A stretch of 64,000 nt of DNA from a virus: IMG/VR virus record IMGVR_UViG_3300032132_000001, positions 42,573 through 106,572 of that record. One strand, 5' to 3'. Position numbers and translations under genes: made by a program. Under the pieces are notes generated by a model, which did not search any database, had not been told where the DNA came from, and saw only the letters and a list, made by a program, of their open reading frames with translations. The first letter of the stretch is position 1. The number at the start of each line of letters is the position of its first letter. Positions 29,029-38,657 of the stretch are shown in pieces.

Positions 29029-29343
29029 CTACGACAGGAAGTCTTTGAAAGCTCTTTGCCACTGGTCCAGATCCAAGAGCTTCAGTTGGTCTTTGGGGAA
29101 CGATTTGATGCACAGATCAGGTTCGTCCAACCCGTTATGCTGGTACTTGCCTTCCTTGAAGATCAAACCAGTCACTGGCAGATCGTCTTCGATCTCCAGA
29201 TCCCACAAGTACAACTCGATGACGGTGTCTCTTGTGGCAGTCATCTCGATGGCGGAGCGAGCTTGCTCTGGAGTGATCTCCTGCATTTCTTCGAAAGGAA
29301 GCTCTTCTCCACCGCACCAAAAGTATGCAATATGCTTAGTCAT
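29029..29343 (-). CDS. hypothetical protein
   Basis: track ORF trimmed to MTKHIAYFW (ATG 29341-29343). Confidence 0.4.
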   Translation of the reverse strand: MTKHIAYFWCGGEELPFEEMQEITPEQARSAIEMTATRDTVIELYLWDLEIEDDLPVTGLIFKEGKYQHNGLDEPDLCIKSFPKDQLKLLDLDQWQRAFKDFLS

Positions 29344-29622
29344 CGGTAACCTCTTGCTGTTTTGATGACCGCTAGTAGGAAAGCAGCAACCATAATCAGG
29401 AAGATCAGGGCCAGCCATCCAGGATTGAGTTCCGGCATTTGCGCCTCCCGGAGAGGCGGGCAGAGGGCCGGGATGCATCCGGGAACCCACCCCAGATATG
29501 CCTGCCGCGCCCTCCGCCTCCACCTAACCTTTAGGGATATAGCAACCAAACCACCCAGGCGATGAGGAGTTCATCGATGGGGAGAATGACGATGACTGCT
29601 AGGGCTCCCATCAACCGGCGCA

Positions 29623-30138
29623 CTAGGACTTCAGGTCGTCCTCAGAGTACGCCGGCTTGGACGGGGCCGGTCGGGCTGAGTCGGCAGACGCCTTGGCGAA
29701 GAGAGCCGAGAGGCCCTTCATCACCAGCCGGTCCACATGACCACAAGCGGTATTGGCAGGCTGTTCCTTCACCTCACCGTTCAGCTTGGTGTACTTGATC
29801 GAGGTGCCGGCGTAGTTGATCAGCGCCCCGTCCTTGATCACCTTCTTGAAGACTTCCAAAGTCTTCTTGTCCTTCGGGTCGGTGATGTCGATCACGCCCA
29901 AGGACTGCAGCTCGCTGCACTCGATCTCACGCACGGTGGGACGGACTTCGATGATGTCCTTGCCGTCCTTCACCTCCTTGACGACCACTTCGCCTTCCAT
30001 GATCTCGGTGTGCTTGTAGCCCTGACGAGTCAGGAAGTCACCGTGACCTCCAGTCTTGGTGTTGGGCTTGTTCTTGCGAGTGATGAGGCTTTGGTAAGCC
30101 TTGGTGGGCTCGGTAGCCTCGCTCTTCTTCTTCGACAT
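29623..30138 (-). CDS. hypothetical Lys-rich protein
   Basis: track ORF trimmed to MSKKKSEATEP (ATG 30136-30138). Confidence 0.45.
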   Translation of the reverse strand: MSKKKSEATEPTKAYQSLITRKNKPNTKTGGHGDFLTRQGYKHTEIMEGEVVVKEVKDGKDIIEVRPTVREIECSELQSLGVIDITDPKDKKTLEVFKKVIKDGALINYAGTSIKYTKLNGEVKEQPANTACGHVDRLVMKGLSALFAKASADSARPAPSKPAYSEDDLKS

Positions 30139-30227
30139 CGTGCAGTTCCCTTTATTTCCCCAACGAGGGGAGACATAGTAAGAGCCCGCCATTTGACGGG
30201 CTCTTGAAGACAGGTGCTAGTGATTGT

Positions 30228-30485
30228 CTAGCCCTTGGACTTCTTGCCCTTCTTTCCCTTCTTGCCCTTCTTCTTCGGCTTGGGCTCATCGCCCTCTTCC
30301 TCAGAAGTCTCCTCCTTGGGAGCCGTCTTCTTCTTGATGGCCTCAGCGTATCGCTTTCGGCCAGTGCCTTTGCACCAGTTCAAGAACCAAGGACTAGGAA
30401 GCCCAGGGCCTCCCTCCACCGTCTTGATTGCATCATCTGGGTGCATCTCACCAGAGCGCACCAACTCTCTAAGACCCTTTGCCAT
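30228..30485 (-). CDS. hypothetical protein with poly-Lys C-terminal tail
   Basis: track ORF. Confidence 0.4.
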   Translation of the reverse strand: MAKGLRELVRSGEMHPDDAIKTVEGGPGLPSPWFLNWCKGTGRKRYAEAIKKKTAPKEETSEEEGDEPKPKKKGKKGKKGKKSKG

Positions 30486-30855
30486 CCTCGCCTCCCCATA
30501 GGAGATTCTCTACAATGTCGCCGAAATCGTTTCTCATGATGTCACAATCAACGATGGGCACACCATATTCTTCCAGTAACGCCTTCTGCTTGCCCCGCCC
30601 AGACGGGTTGTTGGAACACAGCAAAACTGGAATACTTAGCTCGACCAGGAATTTCTCAGCCACCAACATGCCACTCATCAGCGGCATATCGTGATCAAGA
30701 ATGATCAGGTCCCAAGGGTACGGCACCCTACGGAGGTAGAAGTCACACTGCTCGTCGCCATGGGCGAAAACCAGCGTCAAGTATCTCCGCTCCAGAAGGT
30801 GCCGTATCTTGGTGAACCGGATCGGCTGGTCGTCGATCCAGAGCACATGTTTCAT
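30469..30855 (-). CDS. stand-alone CheY-like receiver (REC) domain protein
   Basis: VLWIDDQ..., phospho-acceptor-like ILDHDMPLMSG, LLCS, conserved Lys region. Confidence 0.6.
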   Translation of the reverse strand: MKHVLWIDDQPIRFTKIRHLLERRYLTLVFAHGDEQCDFYLRRVPYPWDLIILDHDMPLMSGMLVAEKFLVELSIPVLLCSNNPSGRGKQKALLEEYGVPIVDCDIMRNDFGDIVENLLWGGEDGKGS

Positions 30856-30859
30856 CAGA

Positions 30860-31795
30860 CTATCGGGCCTTCCATCCCATCATCTGTAGGAGCTGCTGGA
30901 AGAACTTGTCCTTCCAGTCTTCGCGGTAGTAGCGCCAGCGGCAGAAGTGGTCCCACACCTGGTTGCCGACGCGCTCGCCGTCCGTGTGGCTCCGAAGGAG
31001 GACGCGGTTGCAGCAGACACCGTGATCGTGCTTGGTCTCGATCTCGGTGGATTTGTGGATGCAAACCTCGTCGCCCTTCCCGTCCCGGACCATCTGCTGG
31101 CGCTCGAAGGTGGAGATCTTCTTCCGCCAGTTGCCGAACTTGAGATTCATGATGCCCCGCCAGCCCGGCTTCGTGGGCTTCTTGGTCAGGACGTAGTACT
31201 GGATCTTCTGAACCTCCACCTCCGTGATGCACGGGTCGTCCGTGGTGCAGGGGCGGAAGCTCAGACCCATCTGCTTCAGGATGCGGTTGACGCCACCCTG
31301 GCGAGTCTCAGCCGCCTTGATGAAGAGGCTCAGGAATTCGTCCTTGGGGATGGTCGGGTTTCTCTTGCCGCGACCCCAGCGACCACCGATCGAGTCGTCG
31401 TCCTTGGTGGTGCGACGGAGAATGCCGTTGTCCACCACGTACTTGTCGCAGTAGATGGACTCGGTGTTGATCGCGACCCGATCCCGGATCTCCTCACGGC
31501 GGTGGCGATCCTTGTCCTTCTTGTACTTCTCGCACACCTCGGACCACACGTTGTCCCAAGGGTGCCCTATGCGGGAGTTGAGGAAGCGAGTGTGCTCCCG
31601 GTACTCTCGACCGAAGCTGGAGTTCCGCTTGTCAGCCCAAGATCCGGCCCGCACCACCTCAGCTCGGTCTCCGTTGACCTTCCGCATCGGAACCGGTGTT
31701 CCGTACTCTTCGTCCGTGCGAGATTCGTCAAGCCATTCTGCCAGATCTCGGCGGTGCTTCGGTCGCCGGCCCCAGCGTCGTTTTCTTGCGCCCAT
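30860..31795 (-). CDS. hypothetical protein (Arg/Lys/Trp-rich)
   Basis: track ORF; preferred over antisense ORF 30947..31819. Confidence 0.45.
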   Translation of the reverse strand: MGARKRRWGRRPKHRRDLAEWLDESRTDEEYGTPVPMRKVNGDRAEVVRAGSWADKRNSSFGREYREHTRFLNSRIGHPWDNVWSEVCEKYKKDKDRHRREEIRDRVAINTESIYCDKYVVDNGILRRTTKDDDSIGGRWGRGKRNPTIPKDEFLSLFIKAAETRQGGVNRILKQMGLSFRPCTTDDPCITEVEVQKIQYYVLTKKPTKPGWRGIMNLKFGNWRKKISTFERQQMVRDGKGDEVCIHKSTEIETKHDHGVCCNRVLLRSHTDGERVGNQVWDHFCRWRYYREDWKDKFFQQLLQMMGWKAR

Positions 31796-31903
31796 TTAGT
31801 CCTCTTATATGCCGAGTAATTTTGCTCGGCTGTTTCCATTGAGATACGGCCAGGAGAGAGGGAGAGCCGCCCAACATGGCACGGCTCCCCTCTCCATGCC
31901 CTC

Positions 31904-33091
31904 TTACATCAGCGACAAGGCCATGTCGGCGATCTTGTCGAGGAAGTACGCCACGCAGTGCGTGCCGACCCAGAAGAGCTTCCACGCCGCCTGCTTGCGC
32001 TTGCCACGGCTCTCCTGAACGAGCTGTTCGTCCTGGTTGTACTCGATCAAGTCGGCCTTGTTGACGAAGATGCTGAGACCGTACTTGCCGAGGATGTTGA
32101 ACAGCCCACTATTGGTGAGCTGTTCCAGAACCTGAGTGAGCAGTTCCTTGTCCAAGCTTGGAACTTGGACGTCCATGCGCTTGCAACCAGGGCGTTCGGC
32201 GAAGTGCTGGTCAGCCTTCTTGACCAGGCTCGTGACCTCATCGCTGATCATCTTGTTGCGAACCGACTGGATGTGGTTCTGGCGGGCTTGGATGGTGGCG
32301 TCGGTGATGTGGCTCATGTCGTTCTCTTTTCTATAGCCATCTGTCAGATGGATAACAGGCAAACCCTTGAAGTCTTCAAGGTTCTCGTAGGACTGATTTT
32401 GCAGGATCTCTCGAAGATCCCCTCCCCAATCTCGCCTCTTGGCAGCTTCTACGCACTTCACCAGTGGACCAACACGAACGAAGTCGTGCCGCGCGGAAAA
32501 TGGAGTGGTCTTGGAGACTTCGTGGACAAGATGGGTGCGCCCATTCCTGTCCTCCCATATTGCAGTGGACACGCTAGCTTTCGCCGCCTCGTGACTGTAG
32601 AAGCCCCAGTACTCGTGTGGGCGGAGTTCTGGGTTCTTGATGTGAGCATCGTACGGGCGATGCCCCATATTCGGCAAGTCCCAACAGTCATCGGCGGCTT
32701 GTACCAAGCTTTGGTGCCACCTGTGCCCGTCGATGTCGTCTTGGAAGATCATCGCACTAGGGTGAGTGACGCTCTCATAGAGCCACTTCACCTCTTCCGG
32801 GAAGAAATGAACTGCGCTATAAGAGAATTCCGGCAGATCAGGATCTACCAACACCTCCCCATCGTCTGGAATTGGGGTGTGCTGGCTCCCAGTCCACGCT
32901 TGGTGGAGGAGGAGCGTGATCTTCCCATCCAAGGCTTGATCCACCTGGATGATCTGTCCACCAATCGCCTTCCTTGTGTGGAAGACGATTTTGACATTTC
33001 GCGCTGACCGAAGCACCCTTCTTACTTCCGTTGATGCCGATTGGAGGCGAGTGGAGGGCGTGTGCCGGTCCACCAGCAGCTTTTCTGTCAT
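31904..33091 (-). CDS. hypothetical protein
   Basis: track ORF, possibly two fused genes (candidate second start near MSHITDATI). Confidence 0.45.
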   Translation of the reverse strand: MTEKLLVDRHTPSTRLQSASTEVRRVLRSARNVKIVFHTRKAIGGQIIQVDQALDGKITLLLHQAWTGSQHTPIPDDGEVLVDPDLPEFSYSAVHFFPEEVKWLYESVTHPSAMIFQDDIDGHRWHQSLVQAADDCWDLPNMGHRPYDAHIKNPELRPHEYWGFYSHEAAKASVSTAIWEDRNGRTHLVHEVSKTTPFSARHDFVRVGPLVKCVEAAKRRDWGGDLREILQNQSYENLEDFKGLPVIHLTDGYRKENDMSHITDATIQARQNHIQSVRNKMISDEVTSLVKKADQHFAERPGCKRMDVQVPSLDKELLTQVLEQLTNSGLFNILGKYGLSIFVNKADLIEYNQDEQLVQESRGKRKQAAWKLFWVGTHCVAYFLDKIADMALSLM

Positions 33092-33100
33092 GTGTTATTC

Positions 33101-33367
33101 CTAGTAGTAAGTGTGTCGCCATTCCTGACCACACCTACGACACCCGTGGGCTTCACCACCAGTGTCAGGCGTGCACCATGAATCGACGCACTCTACGTCG
33201 TGCCCTTTCCATCGACACGTCAAGTCCAAGACGCTAGACTTGACATAGGACCAGAGCCAGCTGAGGAAGATCACCGCTGTGTGCGGCGGATCCTTACCTT
33301 CTTGCCAGGCGTACTGATGCTCCGCCTGCTCCCAACTCCGCCAATCTTGACGGATCGCTTCCAACAT
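33101..33367 (-). CDS. Cys/His/Trp-rich hypothetical protein; start codon lies inside the 14-mer motif
   Basis: track ORF. Confidence 0.4.
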   Translation of the reverse strand: MLEAIRQDWRSWEQAEHQYAWQEGKDPPHTAVIFLSWLWSYVKSSVLDLTCRWKGHDVECVDSWCTPDTGGEAHGCRRCGQEWRHTYY

Positions 33368-33378
33368 GCCACACCTCG

Positions 33379-33660
33379 CTAGCTATCCAACCATTCCTTG
33401 GGAATCAAGCGCCGCCAAGCGATGATTTCTTCCCAGCGATTTTCTGCGCAACAGCCGCATCCCTCATCGGTCCACAAGTTGATGACGTCACCGACGAGCC
33501 AGAGTTCGATGTCGGCCCCAGATTTCACCTTCAGCTGGATCCCAGCTTCTTCCGGGAACGGTGTCTTGCCGTATCTGTCCTCACTTAGGATGCGCGGCTC
33601 TTCTAGTACATTCCACTCTGGTTCGGTCATCCGGTGACCTCTTCTCTTGTTCGCCGGCAT
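33379..33660 (-). CDS. hypothetical protein
   Basis: track ORF. Confidence 0.4.
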   Translation of the reverse strand: MPANKRRGHRMTEPEWNVLEEPRILSEDRYGKTPFPEEAGIQLKVKSGADIELWLVGDVINLWTDEGCGCCAENRWEEIIAWRRLIPKEWLDS

Positions 33661-33836
33661 GAGTTAGAGCAGAATCGGAAGAACCGTGCTCCCATCTCAA
33701 ACAACCAACCCCTGGGTGCTCGCCCCTTTCTTGTCACCTGGCGACGTCCACATCCATCGCAGTTCCAGTACCAGGTTCTGCAAGCCATTAGACCTTCTTT
33801 GTGATTTTCTTGGGAAGCTCGGTTGCTTGCTCCCAC
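33627..33836 (-). CDS. small zinc-ribbon protein
   Basis: CDGCGRR...CSNSCRR. Confidence 0.35.
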   Translation of the reverse strand: MGASNRASQENHKEGLMACRTWYWNCDGCGRRQVTRKGRAPRGWLFEMGARFFRFCSNSCRRTREEVTG

Positions 33837-34363
33837 GCTTCGATTGGTTGGTCAGCGTACGGATGGTGACGGAGCAGGATTTCACGGGCGGCATCAACCC
33901 GCTCTTTCATCTTGGCATCCCGCGCATCGTACCAGTCACGGATCTCCTGTGAGCCGCGTTCCAGCTCTTCAGGACAGTCGGGGGAGAGGAAAGGACGTCC
34001 GCTCCAGATCCTCTTGTTACCGTCTGTGATTAGAATCCGATGTTTCTCGTCACCGAACTCATATCCGTATGAGTGGAACACCCTGAATCGTGGACAGACG
34101 TTCAGGAAGGCGTCGGTATCGTAAAATGCTGACTTGTAGAAGATCGTCATCCTTCTACGACCCAAATCGTCGAGAAGATGCGTCCACAAGTGGTGGTCGG
34201 TCCTGACCACCTCCCAGCCTTCTGGAGCTTCCACCGTGCAGAACAGCTTTGTTCCTTGAAGCTCCAACCCCCACGATTTGATCATCGCATTTGCGGCTTC
34301 TAGCGCATCGCCGTGAGCGTTGATCTTGACTGGGAGTTGGACAGTATTGATTGTTTGGGTCAT
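33788..34363 (-). CDS. hypothetical protein
   Basis: track ORF trimmed to MTQTINTV (ATG 34361-34363). Confidence 0.45.
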   Translation of the reverse strand: MTQTINTVQLPVKINAHGDALEAANAMIKSWGLELQGTKLFCTVEAPEGWEVVRTDHHLWTHLLDDLGRRRMTIFYKSAFYDTDAFLNVCPRFRVFHSYGYEFGDEKHRILITDGNKRIWSGRPFLSPDCPEELERGSQEIRDWYDARDAKMKERVDAAREILLRHHPYADQPIEAWEQATELPKKITKKV

Positions 34364-34797
34364 TTTCTCTCGTTTGGGAAGCCACAACCCAAGCAGTTAT
34401 CTTCGCAAGGGTCTACAACTTTGTCGTACCAGCAGAAACCGGTTGGTGAGTCAGGACAGAGCCATCCGCCGAGCCCCAATGCTTCAGAGTGTCCGGAAGG
34501 AGAGGCCCACTTGTCCTTGAGACGGGCCATTCGCACCTTCTCTCGGCGCGCTTTTGCCGCTTTCTCTTCTTCAGCCTTGCACTCAGGCGTGTTCGGACCG
34601 GCTTCGATCTCTAACACCACCATCTGAACCTGGACAAGGCGCCTTTCGCCTTCCAGTTCCATCCACCACCGGACGGTGACGAAGGGATCGTACGTCGTGA
34701 TCCCCAGAGCGTCACCCAGCTTGGAGTTCAGCTCGCCGATGACTGCATCTCTTCGTGCTCTCTGTTTGGGTGAGAGGCTCTCGATGTACCCTTCCAT
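34360..34797 (-). CDS. hypothetical protein
   Basis: track ORF. Confidence 0.45.
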   Translation of the reverse strand: MEGYIESLSPKQRARRDAVIGELNSKLGDALGITTYDPFVTVRWWMELEGERRLVQVQMVVLEIEAGPNTPECKAEEEKAAKARREKVRMARLKDKWASPSGHSEALGLGGWLCPDSPTGFCWYDKVVDPCEDNCLGCGFPNERK

Positions 34798-34970
34798 CAG
34801 CTCATCTCGATCTGAGCAACGATGGCATACGAAAGCTTATTGCGCTCCATCGCATAATCTTCGGCATATTTGTCGAGGATTTGGGAGGGAGCGCGCACGC
34901 CTGGTTTATATTCCAGGGCCACGCATGGATCTCCTTCCCAACAGATGATAAACATCTTCTTATCGCTCAT
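34797..34970 (-). CDS. possible small protein MSDKKMFIICWEGDPCVALEYKPG...
   Basis: 57-codon ORF read by hand filling an apparent gap. Confidence 0.3.
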   Translation of the reverse strand: MSDKKMFIICWEGDPCVALEYKPGVRAPSQILDKYAEDYAMERNKLSYAIVAQIEMS

Positions 34971-35266
34971 TACCAGACATCCTCGCTAAACAGACCAACA
35001 TGTGCGTTCATTTGGTCTTCTTTCTTCACTTGGCCGGCAAGGCGAGCCAGCCGTGCAGCTGGCTTTCTGCGGACGAAGTCGCCGGATTCGGTCAGGAACC
35101 CCTGTTCCCTGTTGATCGGGGGTTTAATCCCTTTCTCCGTCACCATCATGTGAACGATGTCGGCGTGACGAGCAGGAGCAGGAAGGGAATACACCACGCC
35201 ATCCTTCCACAGGATCGCTGCGGCGACGATCTTACCGTAGTCTTTTCTCATTGGCCCTCCCAACAT
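34970..35266 (-). CDS. hypothetical protein; ATG is the ATG of the 14-mer motif (MLGGPM...)
   Basis: track ORF. Confidence 0.45.
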   Translation of the reverse strand: MLGGPMRKDYGKIVAAAILWKDGVVYSLPAPARHADIVHMMVTEKGIKPPINREQGFLTESGDFVRRKPAARLARLAGQVKKEDQMNAHVGLFSEDVW

Positions 35267-35272
35267 GACACG

Positions 35273-35827
35273 CTATCCTTTCATGATGACGTGTTCGATG
35301 AGCCCGCCGACGAGACCGGCTCTCTCCCGCTCTTCCTTCTTGGCCGCTCGGGTCAGTTCAGCAATGTTGTGCCGAACCGCATCCCAGTGGTCGTAGACTT
35401 TCATGATCTCAGCCTGGTCAGGGTGAGTGAACGTCAACTGGGTGTTAGTACCGTAGCAGGCCCCTCTATTGACCTCAACCTTATCGGCTTCCGCTTGGAT
35501 CTCAGGCGCCACGTGTGGGCCCCAATCTTCGCAATAGCAACGCATGGCAAGCTCGTGTGAAGGGCCCATGATCCTGGCGCAGCGCTTCAGCTCCCAGATC
35601 GCGTACCCTTCCATCAGCCTGAGGAAATCGAGAGCCTTGGAGGGGTCCGGATGGGCGACTTGGAGGAACTGATGGAGCGGCCCACGGCTGAACCAACCCA
35701 TCTGTATCCTCAGCCCCTCTTCTTTTCCCTCGTTGGCAACGAACATGTCCGTCTCGTTGCCACTGCCGAAGTCTCCCTCAACTTCGTGCCAGTTGCCGTT
35801 GTTGTCGCTGTAGGAGTAAAAGATCAT
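35273..35827 (-). CDS. hypothetical protein
   Basis: track ORF. Confidence 0.45.
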   Translation of the reverse strand: MIFYSYSDNNGNWHEVEGDFGSGNETDMFVANEGKEEGLRIQMGWFSRGPLHQFLQVAHPDPSKALDFLRLMEGYAIWELKRCARIMGPSHELAMRCYCEDWGPHVAPEIQAEADKVEVNRGACYGTNTQLTFTHPDQAEIMKVYDHWDAVRHNIAELTRAAKKEERERAGLVGGLIEHVIMKG

Positions 35828-36021
35828 TCCATCCTCATCAGCATGCTGTAGATGTCCTCTACCGACAGCTTCTTCAGTTCCTTTCGCTTCTCACCAGGGA
35901 AGTGTGCCTTCCCCGGCTCACTCAGGATCATGGCTATCGCCTTCTGACGGAACGCCGTGAGGCATTCCTGTCGGTACAGCTCCACGGCTTCGTTTAGTTG
36001 ATCTGCGAGCCAGACGTCCAT
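35824..36021 (-). CDS. hypothetical protein
   Basis: track ORF. Confidence 0.4.
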   Translation of the reverse strand: MDVWLADQLNEAVELYRQECLTAFRQKAIAMILSEPGKAHFPGEKRKELKKLSVEDIYSMLMRME

Positions 36022-37178
36022 TAAGCATCTTCTCCTTCGTCGTGGAACGCGATGCCGCCGGTCGGCTTCAACATCTTCCAGATCTGCTCCTCGATCATCC
36101 GTCCGTCCAGCAAGCTGAACATGAGATGAGGATGGGTGCAGTTTTCCTTGATGTAGAGCGCTTGATCCTTCCGAGTGTCGGTCGGACCCTGAGGGACCTT
36201 CTTGATCTCGTTGGACGCCGCGAACCGGATCCGGTGAGCCGCCTCGTACAAGCCCATCGCCGTCTCAGTGAGCCAGTGATGGAACTCGTCCGGAACATCG
36301 ACGCCCAGGAGGATGTCCTCCTTGACCGTACCACCAGTCTTGAGGACTTCCCAGATCCGGCGAGGGGTCAGACCACAGAGGAGCTTGTGGCGGATCTTGT
36401 ACCACTCGAACTTGATCTTGATCCGCTGACCCGACGAGAACTTGAGGACGAAGCCCTCTCGGTTCTCTTCGTCCATCGCGTCGAGCTGAGCCGGGGTGAG
36501 GTGTTCGAGATCGTACCGCTTGCAGATCTCGAATAGCTGCTCGTTCTCCTGGTCTAGCCCAGTTGTACCATGCTGGATGCTCGTTTCACCCCAGGTGACG
36601 AATGTCGCCAGCTGCTCATAGGGGACTTCTGAACCGGACTCGGTGTGAATCACGGTCAGGAGGGTGAGCTTAGTGTTCGGACCGTAGTCAACCACGATCT
36701 GAGGCCGACCACCTTCCTTGGCGTAGATCACCTCGAAAAGGTAGGTGTAGTCGTGATGGAAAACGTCTTGAGGAAGAGCGTGGGCCGGGCAACAAACCCG
36801 GAGCAATTCTTCCCGACCGATCACCGATTGGTCCGAAGTGAAGCTACCTCGGGTCGCCGTCACCAGCTCACCCTTGTAGACGCAGGCGATGAACAGCGAA
36901 CCGTCCATCTTCTCCATCACCTCGAAGGTCTCGTTGGGTGCTTCCACCTCACCGAGGTTGAAGAACTTGCCGAAAGGACGTCCAACGATCTCCTTCGGCT
37001 TCCCGGTCTTCTCGGGGTCGGTCGTGATGAGACCGCGACACGTCTTGGTCGCCGCGTTCCACACCCGATCGAACTGCGTCTTTGGCGTGTAGTTGTGAAT
37101 GAGGAGAGGGAGGGTCGGATGGACCTGGGTCTTGATAAACCCTTCCTCTATCATCTTGTCAATCAGTTCCCAGTCCAT
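36021..37178 (-). CDS. ATP-dependent RNA ligase, T4 Rnl1 (gp63) family
   Basis: CRGLIT..GRPFGKFFNLGE...MEKMDGSL...EGFVLK...KIKFEWY align with Rnl1 CRGIMF..RPMEKFFNL..KEDGSL..EGYVAV..KIKSDWY; start MDWELIDK at 37176-37178 after GGAG. Confidence 0.8.
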   Translation of the reverse strand: MDWELIDKMIEEGFIKTQVHPTLPLLIHNYTPKTQFDRVWNAATKTCRGLITTDPEKTGKPKEIVGRPFGKFFNLGEVEAPNETFEVMEKMDGSLFIACVYKGELVTATRGSFTSDQSVIGREELLRVCCPAHALPQDVFHHDYTYLFEVIYAKEGGRPQIVVDYGPNTKLTLLTVIHTESGSEVPYEQLATFVTWGETSIQHGTTGLDQENEQLFEICKRYDLEHLTPAQLDAMDEENREGFVLKFSSGQRIKIKFEWYKIRHKLLCGLTPRRIWEVLKTGGTVKEDILLGVDVPDEFHHWLTETAMGLYEAAHRIRFAASNEIKKVPQGPTDTRKDQALYIKENCTHPHLMFSLLDGRMIEEQIWKMLKPTGGIAFHDEGEDA

Positions 37179-37180
37179 GG

Positions 37181-37441
37181 TTATTTCTCCACGTGCTCGC
37201 GTTCTGCGAGAATGCCCTTGATCAGGTCGTACCTCTCTTGCCAGCTCCGATAGCGGGCAGCATCTCCTTCGACCCAATCTTCATACGCAGCTGCACCACA
37301 ACCACAACTGCACTTTGAGGAAGAACTTCTGAGTGCCCTGACTTTCTTGAAGACGGCAAGAAGGCGCTTGGTAGGCAACTTCCTCAACTGCTCTTCCTTC
37401 AAGTCCAATGCGCCTTGGGGTTCCATGGTCGTCTCCAACAT
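37181..37441 (-). CDS. small hypothetical protein (start at motif ATG MLETTMEPQ, or 37426)
   Basis: track ORF trimmed. Confidence 0.4.
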   Translation of the reverse strand: MLETTMEPQGALDLKEEQLRKLPTKRLLAVFKKVRALRSSSSKCSCGCGAAAYEDWVEGDAARYRSWQERYDLIKGILAEREHVEK

Positions 37442-37452
37442 GGCACGGCTAT

Positions 37453-38133
37453 CTAGCCGTGCGTTCTCTTCATCTTCGCCAGCGGCTCGCTGCCATGCTT
37501 CATCGGGTCGTTGAAGTTGGTGGTGTGTCCACCTTCTGGGTTGCGATCCCAAGCGATGCAGTGCCGGATGACGTCCCGAAGGTCGCACATCTTCTTGGCC
37601 TCGTCGGGGACTTCGGGACTGGCGATGCCATAGAAGGCTGATCCGAGAGTGGGGAAGACAATTCCCTTCAGCTCTGCAAGCAGATCATCGACTCGACGCC
37701 AATCGATAGCGCCGAACGAATCACCCCGAAGCATGCTTCGGTGACGCATGACTGCTGCGATTTCACCGAGCTGTCCCATCATCAACCGATAGTACAAGTC
37801 CAACGCCCGATTGATGACGTCACCCTGTGTGCCGGTGATGGTGAGCTGGTATTCGCCCACTTCTTTTGCCTTTCTCCGTGTTCTTGCCTTGGGCGAGCAA
37901 CCCCAAGCCTCTGGAGTCAGCAGTGCGAACTCCATGTTGTCGAAGACCTCATCTTCGACAACAGCCCTTTTCTCCCCGGTGGCGCGATTCTGGATCATCG
38001 CCTCACCACTGGTGATGTGCGATAGGACATCGTCCACACGCTCATCACCAGGTGGGATGTAGAACACACCATGAAGCAAGTGAGCAAGCAGCACTGATAC
38101 TTGTACTCTCTGCACCATCTTGGGTTCCGTCAT
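37453..38133 (-). CDS. hypothetical protein
   Basis: track ORF. Confidence 0.45.
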   Translation of the reverse strand: MTEPKMVQRVQVSVLLAHLLHGVFYIPPGDERVDDVLSHITSGEAMIQNRATGEKRAVVEDEVFDNMEFALLTPEAWGCSPKARTRRKAKEVGEYQLTITGTQGDVINRALDLYYRLMMGQLGEIAAVMRHRSMLRGDSFGAIDWRRVDDLLAELKGIVFPTLGSAFYGIASPEVPDEAKKMCDLRDVIRHCIAWDRNPEGGHTTNFNDPMKHGSEPLAKMKRTHG

Positions 38134-38357
38134 CGTCGGCCCCTATTCCTTTGGCGGTTCTTCTTGCTGAAGAGATCCTTCCTCTTCTGCTCTACCGCTC
38201 GACGGGACGCCGCAGCATCTAGCATCTTGCGATGCTCCTCACCCAATTGATACAACATCGGGCCGATACTGTGGAGCTTGGGGATGTGGTCGGCGAAGAT
38301 GTCGAGGGCTTGCTTATCCCTCTGTTGCCGATCCCTCGTCTGTCTTGGGGTTTCCAT
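38130..38357 (-). CDS. hypothetical basic protein
   Basis: track ORF. Confidence 0.35.
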   Translation of the reverse strand: METPRQTRDRQQRDKQALDIFADHIPKLHSIGPMLYQLGEEHRKMLDAAASRRAVEQKRKDLFSKKNRQRNRGRR

Positions 38358-38574
38358 CGATCACCTCGTAATAATCCAGGGCTCTGATGGCACCACCACC
38401 GTACCCTGCACAGCGGAATGCGTCAGCCACCGCTTTTCGCTCTGTCTCACCCCAGCCGGTGACCTCTTCGGTCTTTCCGTCTAGCCAGTGGAGCCTGAAC
38501 TTGTATTGTTCTACGGTGCGCTTGAGTCTGGCACCGCCCGGCTCCCCTGGCCACGGAGGTCGTCCTAGTGGCAT
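38314..38574 (-). CDS. hypothetical protein
   Basis: start moved to MPLGRPPW (ATG 38572-38574) behind AAGGAGGTG. Confidence 0.4.
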   Translation of the reverse strand: MPLGRPPWPGEPGGARLKRTVEQYKFRLHWLDGKTEEVTGWGETERKAVADAFRCAGYGGGAIRALDYYEVIDGNPKTDEGSATEG

Positions 38575-38657
38575 AGCCACCTCCTTGTTAGGATTCTGTT
38601 CCAACGCGGGCAAGCCCGCCCCCAAAGGGGCGGGCGAGCTTACCCAGCTAGGAAGGA

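Noticed and set aside
30947-31819. 290-aa plus-strand ORF
   Set aside because: It is antisense to a better minus-strand gene. Its Ala/Leu/Arg/Val-dominated composition is typical of shadow ORFs in GC-rich DNA. It also breaks the uniform minus-strand polarity of the block.
31958-33007. 349-aa plus-strand ORF
   Set aside because: Same reasoning: low-complexity Leu/Val/Asp/Ala composition, fully embedded antisense in ORF 31904..33091.
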